Part shown: positions 25,476 through 35,747 of the stretch, one piece after another
Position numbering within the stretch: the first letter of the stretch is position 1
Layout of the letters: every line of letters begins with the position of its first letter
Assembly: GCA_051313645.2 (NCBI GenBank)
Contig: JBNRSN020000002.1
Location: forward strand, 478,392,001 to 478,456,000
DNA length: 64,000 bases
Source of the DNA: Centroscyllium fabricii
Taxonomy: Eukaryota
Direction of reading: 5' to 3'
Notes under the pieces: model-generated
Told to the model about the DNA's origin: nothing
The model's input: the letters and a program-made list of their open reading frames with translations, nothing else
Databases searched by the model: none
Program-made: the position numbers and the translations under genes

Positions 25476-26208
25476 TCATAGAGTTATACAGCACAGAAAG
25501 AGGCCCTTCGGCCCATCGTGTCCGTGCCGGCCATCAAGCCCTGTCTGTTCTAATCACATTTTCCAGCACTTGGTCCGTAGCCTTGTATGCGATGGCATTT
25601 CAAGTGCTCATCTAACTACTTCTTGAATGTTGAGGGTTCCTGCCTCTACCACCCTTTCAGGCAGTGAGTTCCAGATTCCAACCACTGGGACGGGACAGGG
25701 TCACTGGCAAGGCTTGGAAGCTAAGCAGGGCCAGGCCTGGTTAGTACTGGGTCTGGGTGAAAAGGTTCTTCCTCAAATCCCCTCTAAACCTCCTGCCCCT
25801 TACCTTGAAACTATGCCCCCTGGTTATTGATCCCTCTACTGACGGAAAAAGTTCCTTTCTATCTACCCTATCTATGCCCCTCATAATTTTGTACACCTCA
25901 ATCAGGTCCCCAGCAGCCTTCTCTGCTCCAAGGAAAACAGCCCCAGCCTGTCCAGTCTTTCTTCATAGCTGAAGCGCTCCAGTCCAGGTAACATCCTGGT
26001 GAATCTCCTCTGCACCCTCGCCAAAGCAATCACATCCTTCCTGTAGTGTGGCGACCAGAACTGCACACAGTACTCCAGCTGTGGCCTTACCAGCATTTTG
26101 TACAGCTCCATCATAACCTCCCTGCTCTTATATTCTATGCCTCGGCTAATGAAGGCAAGTATCCCATATGCTTTTTTAACCACCTTATCCACCTGTCCTG
26201 CTGCCTTC
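25476..26208 (-). mobile_element. CR1 3' fragment with short 5S-SINE insert
   Basis: [18 protein letters not shown]. Confidence 0.82.
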
Positions 26209-26391
26209 TCAATCTCAAATGGTTATTTTCATGCTCAAAGTGAGGAATGTTTGGACTTGGATTCAAGAATCCAATTTTACACAGGAATTTACCAGATCAC
26301 TAAGGTACTGATCTCATTGAATGGCAGAACAGGCTCGTGGAGCTGAATGGCTGACTCCTATTCCTATGTCTCAGTAATAAGCCTTTCACAC

Positions 26392-26676
26392 AATAATAAT
26401 AATTTCAACTTTTGTCATTATACAATGTACAAGTACATGAGCAACGAAATGTGATCTTGCAAGCTCCCAAGAGTCCAGCAAAGCCGCTGCGTCTGTGCGC
26501 GCTGCCATTCCATCTTTCCATCATTCCGACAATCTTCAGCCAACCGCCCCTCCCCGGGGCTCCTTTCGTGACCTTCTGCACCTGGTATTCCCTGGTGGTC
26601 ACCCCTCCAAGTACTAACCAGGCCTGGCTCTGCTTAGCTTCCAAGCCTTGCCAGTGACCCTGTCCCTAGTCCCAGC
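26392..26676 (-). mobile_element. 5S rRNA-derived SINE (SINE3 type) with Rex1/Babar-like tail
   Basis: GGAAGCTAAGCAGAGCCAGGCCTGGTTAGTACTTGGAGGGGTGACCACCAGGGAATACCAGGTG matches the 5S 3' half including the internal control region; tail cacatttcgttg..aatgacaa. Confidence 0.75.
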
Positions 26677-26904
26677 AACTAAGGTTACTTAGACATCAGA
26701 TACAGTACAGGTTTAGATGCAGAATAATGCTCTGGGCAACATTGCTCCAACATGAAGCCTTAAACTCCACAGGTTAGATGCAGAGCAATGCTCACCCTGC
26801 ACTGCCCCAATCTGCCCTGTCTCCAATCTCTGGAACATCTCCCACTACACCAGTGCAAATTTCAGTTTCCTATTTTAGCTATTTGGGAGATCGTGAGTTT
26901 GGTA

Positions 26905-27847
26905 CAGGTTGAGCACCGGTAATCCGGCACCCTCGGGAACAGGCCGGTGCTGGACCATTGAAAATTACAAACCACTGAAGGTGGTTCACTCCGGGATAAT
27001 ACTCAACGTCATCAATGGCAACGTAACCGGTCTCTACGACATCCGATTTCATAGCTTTAAACCCAACCTGGAATTGTGTCGGACTCTCTACTGTGATGGT
27101 GACAGCTCGCCATTCCTTACTCTTGGAACACTCCCCGGGGCCCGGGGCACGCGGGTAGAACGCACCCCCGGAGAGCGCGCGGAGGGGGGGGGACGTCCCG
27201 CGGGGAGGACGCCGCGCGGTGGGGGGGGGGGGGGGGGGGGGGGGAGGGAGACGTGCCGCGCGGGGGGGGACGTCCCGCGTGGGGGAACGCCCCCCGGAGA
27301 GCGCGGGGAGAACGCCCCCGGAGAGCGCGGGGAGAACGCCCCCCGGAGAGCGCGGGGAGAACGCCCCCCGGAGAGCGCGGGGAGAACGCCCCCCGGAGAG
27401 CGCGGGGAGAACGCCCCCCGGAGAGCGCGGGGAGAACGCCCCCCGGAGAGCGCGGGGAGAACGCCCCCCGGGGAGAACGCCCCCCGGAGAGCGCGGGGAG
27501 TACGCCCCCCGGAGAGAATGCCCCCCGGAGAGCGCGGGGAGAACGCCCCCCGGAGAGCGCGGGGAGAACGCCCCCCGGAGAGCGCGGGGAGAACGCCCCC
27601 CGGAGAGAACGCCCCCCGGGGCCTGGAGTGCGCGGGGAGAACACTCCCCGGGAGCGAGCCCAGGGATAGAACACTAAAAAAAACAGAAACCCAAAACGCC
27701 CGACGCCTTCGGCGCTCACCCACCCTGCGCAGCAAACAGTGGCACCGCCGAGTGGCTGCTCCGCAAACTGAAGACCGCCGGTTTCGATTCGTGCCGAACC
27801 ACTGAAGGTGCCGGACCATCGGGTGCCGGATTACTGTGCTCAACCTG
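26905..27847 (-). mobile_element. Loaded (Pack-type) MITE: MAM-domain cargo plus expanded ~25-bp G-rich minisatellite
   Basis: TA|CAGGTTGAGCACCGGTAATCCGGCACC...GGTGCCGGATTACTGTGCTCAACCTG|TA; arms match the empty copies; cargo 26983-27125; repeat array ~27126-27650. Confidence 0.88.
26983..27125 (-). pseudogene. MAM-domain C-terminal coding fragment (MAMDC4/MALRD1-like) captured inside a MITE
   Basis: Open frame KSKEWRAVTITVESPTQFQVGFKAMKSDVVETGYVAIDDVEYYPGVN with the MAM hallmarks W..., FQV.F.A and G.VAIDDV. Confidence 0.78.
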
Positions 27848-30557
27848 TAATTAGGCTATGCTGGTGGACCCAAACCTACGAAATGAGATTCCACAAAATC
27901 CTTTCACACAAGACTGTTACAACCAGCAGAAAGAGAGACTTAGCCAAACCGTCTGCGCTGAATTAAGCCCAGCGCCGAGAGGTGAAAGGACAGTGTCCTA
28001 ATTTTATTTTGATTTCATTCTTCCAAACTGGAAGCAGCTTCTTTAGAAACCCAGCAGGAACCAGGGTTAAAAACATCAGACCAGTACTCTCTGAACGCCG
28101 GGCTGTCAACGGATTGGCTTCCGCGGCTCCGTCCAAGCAAACACTGCGTTCATTTGCCAAGCGACATTCTGCTTGGGTCAGGGGTTCTTTACACTGCAGA
28201 GAACAGATGCCCAATTTACTGCACTTGTCCCAGCGCCCAGTCCAACAGCTCAGTGGGAGCCACAGCCAACTTCCAATCCTAAACGGAAACCCAGAAGAGC
28301 ATTACTGAACCAAACATTAGCAAAAACCTCACGCAAATCAGGGCTGCATTCCATATAAAAGGATGTGTTGTGTTTGGTGGGGATTAAACAACAAAGCCAC
28401 ACATAGTATGTTGAGCTGTGAAAACATGAATTCAGGGGAATGGAATATTTACACCAGGACTGCACATTTAATTAGGGCGCAGCTACTAGCAACCCATCCG
28501 CCTTAAACATTCACTCCCTCCACCATCGACGGACCGAGGCTGCAGTGTGCGCCATCTACAAGATGCAATACAGCAGGTCGCCAAGGCTTCTTCAACAGCA
28601 CGTCCCAAACATGCGACCTCCACCGCCTGGAAGGAAAAGGGCAGCAGGTGGCTGGGAACACCACCACCTGCAAGCTCCCCTCCCAAGTCACTCACCACCC
28701 TGACTTACATAGAAACATAGAAGATAGGAGCAGGAGTCGACTATTCGGCCCCTCGAGCCTGCTCCGCCATTCAATGAGATCATGGCTGATCATCCAAACT
28801 CAGTACCCTGTCTTCTCCCCATATCCCTTGATCCCTTTAGCCTTAAGGAATATATCCAACTCCTTCTTGAATATATAATCTTGGAAATATAATCGCCGTT
28901 CCTTCATTGTCGCTGGGGTAAAATCCTCAAACTCCCTCCCTAACAGCATTGTGGGAGTACCTTCACCACACGGACTGCAGTGGTTGAAGGCAGCGGCTCA
29001 ACCCCACCTTCTCGAGGACAACGAGGGATGGGCAATAAATGCCAGCCTTGCCACAGAGACGCCCATAACTGGAGTGCTTTATAATACTCCCACCTCCGTG
29101 GGGCCAAGTGATTGAGAAGAGCTGTTTTTCTCCTCCCCCCATTCATGCAATGGAGATGAGCTCGTGGGAAACCCCACCAAACCTCTTCTTCCAGCCTCCT
29201 CACGGTGGGGAAAATGTACCAGCCTCCTTTGCCGCTGCCGAAGGAATAAGTGACTTGGAGATCCCACTGCCGGTTTGGCCCTTGCCGGATTAGTCATGTG
29301 GTGCATGGGCACAAAATGCAGAAATACTGACTCACACTGCACGCCGGAGAGAAAAGTTTATTGGGAGAAGATCCAAAGATGTGCGGGTTAGGTTGATTGG
29401 CCAGGATAAATTGACCCTTAGTGTTAGGGGGATTGAATATGTGGGGTAACGGTGATAGGGTGGGATATGTGTCGGTGCAGGCTCGATAGGGATCGAGAGA
29501 TATGGGGAGAGGGCAGGGACAGAGTACTGGGTTTGGATGATCAGCCATGATCTCATTGAATGGCAGAGCAGGCTCGAAGGGCCGAATGGCCGACTCCTGC
29601 TCCTATCTTCTATGTTTCTATGAGATTAGAGCACTGCTTAGGGCTTGCAGCTAATCCAAAAATCTAAATCTTCTGGGGGTGAGGTTTGCCAAAAACATTT
29701 GCATGGAGATCGTAAGACAGAAAATAATGTGGAGCAAGGGTCGCCAGACAGACAGTCTTGTGCCCCCTCCACTAATCCAGCCCTTGAAGTCCAGGCAATA
29801 CTGTGATATTTGCTTGTATATATTTTATTGGCCCTGTTTGAAGTTTGTGGGCCTGGGAGGTTTGTAAAGCGCTGTCCTGCTTCCTGTTCCCGATCCTAAA
29901 TCAGAAGACGAATACCCGGCAGTGTCAGCAACCGGAGGTTCCAGCAGTTTAACATGCCGCAGAGCTTTAAACCTTATCAGAGGCCTCTGAAGATAAACAG
30001 CTCAAAGACAATCTGGAGAAGAGAAATGGGTCGTGCTTCATTGGGTTAATTATCTGACATTTCGGAAATTAATCACCCAATGTCCTTCCCCTTCTCTCTC
30101 TACAGAAAGAGCTTGTGTTGGAAGATGCCCATCTTGGGTACCTACGTAACTGTGGCAACACTAGCACTGCAACTTGGGATGCTCTTTGTGCATAGATGAG
30201 GTAATGATGGCTAGCTGGGTTACCAGCGAGAGGTCAGTACAATAGTTGCCCGGGCAGCGAACGGTCCTTCTGAACACGTGGGACACTGAAGATCAGTCAA
30301 AGCACACAGCACCACTTTTTTGTGGCCAACGGTTCTGCCAATAGGGATGGGGTGGGGGGGGAAGGGGGGTAATAATTCTTCAGAAATACAAAAGGGGCAC
30401 TGTTAAAGACACAAAACACTTGTGCAAGGCAATTAATGAATCCCACGTTTAGCAATCATTCAACCGCAACTAGATCCTCCCTCGCACGACTTGCAACTTC
30501 AAATGGGAGGCTCGAAGGTGCAGTCGGAGCAGTGGGCAAATTAACGGCCAAGGGCAA

Positions 30558-31410
30558 TAGAAACATAGAAGCATAGAAAATAGGAGTGGGCCATTCGGCC
30601 CCTTGAGCCTGCTCCGCCATTCAATGAGATCATGGCTGATCATCCAAACTCAGTACCTTGTCCCGGCCTTGTCCCCATATCCCTTGATCCCTCTAGCCTT
30701 AAGAAATATATCCAACTCCTTCTGAATATATTTAATGAACTGGCCTCCACTGCCTTCTGTGGCAGAGAATTCCACAGGTTCACCACTCTCTGGGTGAAGA
30801 AATTCCTCCTCATCTCTGTCCTAAATGAGTTACCCCTTATCCTTAAGACTGTGACCCCTGGTTCTGGACTCTCCGATCATCGGGAACATTCTTCCTGCAT
30901 CAAGTTTGTCCAGACCAGTTAGAATGTTATATGTTTCAATGAGATCCCCTCTCAATCTTCTAAACTCCAGAGAGTACAAACCCTGTCTACCCAGTCTCTC
31001 CTCATACGTCATTCCTGCCATCCCAGGTATCAGCCTGGTGAATCTTCTCTGCACTCCCTCCATAGCAAGAACGTCCTTCCTTGGATAAGGAGACCAAAAT
31101 TGCACACAGTACTCAAGGTGTGGTCTCACCAGGGCCTGTACAACTGCAGCAAGACCTCCCTGTTCCTGTACTCGAACCCTCTCGCTATGAAGGCCAACAT
31201 ACCATTTGCCTGCTTCACCGCCTGCTGCACCTGCATGCTTACCTTCAACGACTGGTGCACAAGAACATCCAGGTCTCGTTGCACGTCCCTGTCTCCCAAT
31301 CTATTTCCATTCAGATAATAGTCTGCCTTTCTGTTTTTGACACCAAAGTGGATAACCTCGCATTTATACACATTATACTGCATCTGCCACGTCTCAGCCC
31401 ACTCGCCCCA
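30558..31410 (-). mobile_element. CR1 3' fragment
   Basis: [18 protein letters not shown]. Confidence 0.83.
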
Positions 31411-31720
31411 CAATGCCACTCGTCACCAGCTTATGCCGCAGGGGAAGCGCCCGATGTTAATTTTCTTCACCCACCCCCCCACTTCCCAGAGTGGAAATAT
31501 CACTTAGTAACAGGACGTCAGAGAACTGATGAAACATAATCATGCGTCAGCTGTGACTCACTGGTCTCGAGTCAGAAGGATGTGGGTTCAAATCCCACTC
31601 CAGGACATCCTAAAGCGCTTTACAGCCAAGAAAGTACTTTTTGACGTATAGTCACTGTTGTAATGCAGGAAACGCGGCAGCCCATTTGTCCACAAACAGC
31701 AATGTGATCATGGCCAGATA

Positions 31721-32227
31721 CAGGTCCAACACCGTTAATCCAGCATGGTCGGGACCGGGACGGTGCCGGATTTTTGAAAAATCCGAACATGGAAGCTTCG
31801 GCGATCGCATGCGCAGACCATTCAAAATGGCCACCGAACGCCAGTGGCCATTTTGAGTGATCTGCGCATGCGCTCGCCGAAGCATCATCGTTCAGGGAGG
31901 GGCCCGTGCATGCGCGGTGGCCATTTTGCGCATGCGCAGGGCAGTCGGGGAGGGGCCCGGGCATGCACAGTGGCCATTTTGCACATGCGCAGGGCAGTCG
32001 GGCAGAGGCCTGGGCATGTGAAGCCAATTACGGCAGCCATATTGCGCATGCACAGCCGCACGCGGTGGCCATTTTGCACATATGCAGACCAGTCGGCCAG
32101 TCAGGGAGAGGCCTGGGCATGCGCAGCCAAGCGCGGCGGCCATTTTGCGCATACCAGTCGGCCGGATTCGTTCCGGACGACTGAAGTTGCCGGATTAACG
32201 GTGTCCAGATTAACGGTGCTCAACCTG
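31721..32227. mobile_element. MITE inserted into a Deu-SINE with TA duplication
   Basis: agaTA[CAGGTCC..CCTG]TAatc. Confidence 0.85.
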
Positions 32228-32654
32228 TAATCGGTTTTAGTGATGTTGGTTAAGTGATAAATATTGGCCAGGACACCGGGGAGAATTTAATCCAAAATGT
32301 GGCACAGGCTCGTTCTGATGAAACGTTAACGCCACAGATGCTGCCTGACCTGCTGAGTATTCCCAGCATTTTCTGTTTTTATGCCAGGAATAACTCGCTT
32401 GCTCTTCTTCAAAATAATGCCTGGGGATCCTTTACGTTCGCCCAAAGGCCTCAGCTTAACGTTTCATCCGAAAGACGGCACCTCCAACAGTGCAGCACTG
32501 GAGTGCCAGCCTAGATTTTTGTGCTCAAGTCTCTGGAGTGGGGCTTGAACCCACAACCTTCTGACTCTGAGGAGAGAGTGCTACCCACTGAGCCACGGCA
32601 CTTCACAGGAATGTAATCAAGTTTTTAAAAAAGGCTGAGCCAAAGGAGATATTA

Positions 32655-33939
32655 GCCCAGAAATTCGGGTCCCAACACGAGTATGCGCTGGGTACGCACG
32701 CGCAGGCCCAACGAAAGTGCCGGTCTCGTGTATGCACTGCGCATGCGTGGAAAACCGGAACTTCCGTTCCTCTGAAAGAAGGGGTTCAGAGGTGGAACGT
32801 GTGCGCGGGAGAGGCAGCGCGTGTGCATGAAATTACGGTTTGTGGGTTTTTTTTAATACAGGTTTCTCCGGGAGGGTAAGTCTCCAGGAGTTACACATGT
32901 AAAAAGCAGTCGCAAGGCCTGCTTTTAACAAGGAAAGTGGTGAATTAATCAAAAATGTAAAAAAATTCCCCCACAGGTTTATTATTTTTAAATACTTTAA
33001 GAAAGGTAAGTTTATTTTTAGCCCGGTTAGAAAATGTAATTAATTTTTTCAAAAATTTAAATTTGTTTGAAATAGTTATTTCATGTAATTTATAGTTATT
33101 TTAAATGTGATTTTTAAAAAACTTATTTGAAGTTTTAGGGATGTTTTGGGGCTTATAGTATTTATAGTTTTGACAGCTCTTCCTGCTAATTTTATGAACG
33201 GGCAATTCATAGAATCAAAGAAGATAGGAGGAGTAGGCCATTCGGCCCCTCGAGCCTGCTCCGCCATTTAATGAGATCATGGCTGATCAACCAAATTCAG
33301 TACCCCGTACTTGCCTTCTCCCCATATCCCTTTAGCCTTAAGAAATATATCCAACTCCTTCTTGAATATATTTAATGAATTGGCCTCGACGGCCTTCTGT
33401 GGTAGAGAATTCCACAGGTTCACCACTCTCTGGGTGAAGAAATTCCTCCTCATCTCTGTCCTAAATGGCTTACCCCTTATCCTTAGACCGTGACCCCTGG
33501 TTCTGGACTCCCCCGCCATCGGGAACATCCTTCCTGCATCTAGCCTGTCTAGTCTTGTCAGAATTTTATAAGTGTCAATGAGATCCCCTCTCATTCTTCT
33601 AAACTCCAGCGCGTATAAGCCCAATCGACCCAATCTCTCCTCATAAGTCATTCCTGCCATCCCAGGTATCAGCCTGGTGAATCTTCGCTGCACTCCCTCC
33701 ATGGCAAGAACATCATTCCTCAGATAATGCTACCAATGGCTCTCCGTGGCCCATGTGATCCCAGGGGACGCATCGAACTAACTGCGCCGCTGGAATAGGC
33801 AAGCACTGCACGCCGGCAGTTGGAGGAGGCCCAGGATCGGAATTCCACGCGGGCCCACAGCTCAACGGCCGGCACGCTAGGTAAGTGCAGGTCGGAGGCT
33901 TGCACCCACGGGAAGCCTCCGACCCAAATTTCTGGGGCA
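32655..33939. mobile_element. Non-autonomous DNA element with GCCCAGAAATT TIRs (PIF/Harbinger-like?)
   Basis: tta|gcccagaaattcgggtc...gacccaaatttctggggca|tta; reversed sister at 35748-37189. Confidence 0.6.
33206..33723 (-). mobile_element. CR1 3' fragment nested in a DNA element
   Basis: ORF 33277-33702. Confidence 0.82.
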
Positions 33940-34364
33940 TTAAGTTGGATGACTGAAAACATGGTCAACTAGGTCGGTTTTAAGGAGATTCTTAAAAGAA
34001 GGCGAGACAGGTAGAGGTGTTGAGGCCGGGAATTCCAAAGTGTGGAGCTTAGGTGGTTGACGGCACAGCTGCCAATGGTTGGGCTAAATCCGGCTCCCTT
34101 GTCCCAGTGGAAGCCGTGCACACTCAGTTTATTATGGATATGAACCAGCCACAGGATTTAGCAACGTCAACACTGACAGCGAGCTTGTGGACGCCAGTCT
34201 CCCGGAATCCACCTGTACAAAATCAGCTTAAAGCTGGCAAATTGGATCTAATTAGCATACATTGTGAATGGTATCCCTCACAAACATTGCAGCACACTGC
34301 AAGTGCGTTGGGGAGGCTTACCAATGGCCAATCATTTGGTGTGAGCCCTTGAGGTAAATAAGTA

Positions 34365-35168
34365 CAGGTTGAGCCCCGGTAATCTGGCACCCTCGGGACC
34401 AGGCCGGTGCTGGACCACTGACAATTCCGAACCACTGAAGGTTAACGCTCACCCTTCTCACCCCCCCTCCTCATCCTCCAGCTCCATCATGACCAAATGA
34501 ACACTCGGGGAATGAAATTTTAGTTTCGCAAAGGAGAACGAGTCCTCTGCTTCGAGCCAGACCCGACAAAGGCCAAGGTTCTTTACGATACCAAAGTAGC
34601 GACGCGACTCTTTGAATTGGAGCAGCTCCGGTTTCCAGCGATTGCCCCAAACACACACCAGAGGCGGCGGCGGCTGGGGGGCCCAGGGAGCGAGGTATGG
34701 GGGTGGGGGGTTCACCCACATCCGAGCTGCACCATCTTGCTTAGTCAAATAAAGCGGCTCGTGTCACCTGGCCTAGTTGGCTGTGGTTGTTAATCGGTAT
34801 TTCTCTTTCGCCTCTGCCTCCATTTTTGCAGATAAACCCAACGGGTAGAACATTCCCCGGGGCGCGCAGGTAGAACACTCCCCGGGGCCCGGGTAGAACA
34901 CTCCCCGGGGCCCGGAGCGCGCGGGTAGAACACTCCGTGGGGCCCGGAGTGCGCGGGTAGAACACTCCGTGGGGCCCGGAGTGCGCGGGTAGAACACTGA
35001 AAAGCAGCAACCCAAACGCCCGACGCCTTAAGCGCTCGCCCACCCTTCGCGGGAAATGGTGGCGCTGCTGAGCGGCTGCTCTGCAAACTGAAGGCCGCCG
35101 GTTTCCATTCGTGCCGGACCGCTGAAGGTGCCGGACCATCGGGTGCCGGATTACAGGTGCTCAACCTG
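34365..35168 (-). mobile_element. Loaded (Pack-type) MITE: MSL3 exon-1 cargo plus short minisatellite
   Basis: TA-flanked TIRs; arms match the empty copies; cargo 34444-34841; about five gggtagaacactcc units at 34843-34998. Confidence 0.88.
34497..34595 (+). pseudogene. MSL3: MSL3 exon 1 coding fragment captured inside a MITE (premature stop)
   Basis: [32 protein letters not shown]|gt matches the MSL3 chromo-barrel N-terminus (..[29 protein letters not shown]); TAG at 34521-34523. Confidence 0.9.
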
Positions 35169-35747
35169 TACCAGCCAAGGTTAATTTAAGGCAGGCGTTA
35201 AGTTACTCATTTTTAATGGGGTCAAGATGTCCATTATTGTCACTGTTTTTATACAACAGTCTAGCCATGATCTCATTGAATGGCAGAGCAGGTTCGAAGG
35301 GCCGAATGGCCTACTCCTGCTCCTATCTTCTATGATTCTATGATTCTCCCCAACAGTCCAGCAGCAGCTGCTGTCCGTTATGGTCTGGCAGCTATACCTT
35401 TTTTAGAACCTGCCCGTAACACAGGAGCAAACCCAAGCATTGACCATTACCCTACTCGTAGAAACGTGCTTGCTTCTCTTAACATAGACTTGCACTGGGG
35501 GGGGGGTCAAACTTTCTTCAAATCAACTGCTATTACGCACAGACCAGGGGTTACAAACTGTCTTATTCACAACTCAACAGAAAGCTGAAGTACAAAGGCT
35601 CAGCACAAACGTTTCCCCTGGCTGGAGAGTCTCAGGATAAGGGCTCGGCCACTTTAAGATGAGGAGGAATTTCTTCACTCAGAGGGTGGGGAATCTTTGG
35701 AATTCTCTGCCCCAAAGGGCTGTGGATGCTGAGTCGTTGAGTATATT

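Noticed and set aside
26570-26650. Functional 5S rRNA gene
   Set aside because: 5' half of 5S missing, no T-run terminator, followed by SINE body and tail
26909-27805. 298 aa Arg/Pro/Gly-rich plus-strand ORF
   Set aside because: Runs through MITE arms and minisatellite; the real coding signal is on the minus strand
30106-30200. Exon-like segment with strong acceptor and donor
   Set aside because: Stops in all three frames and no recognisable homology; at most a non-coding exon
34497-34595. True MSL3 gene start at this locus
   Set aside because: In-frame stop, enclosed by MITE arms, no further MSL3 exons seen
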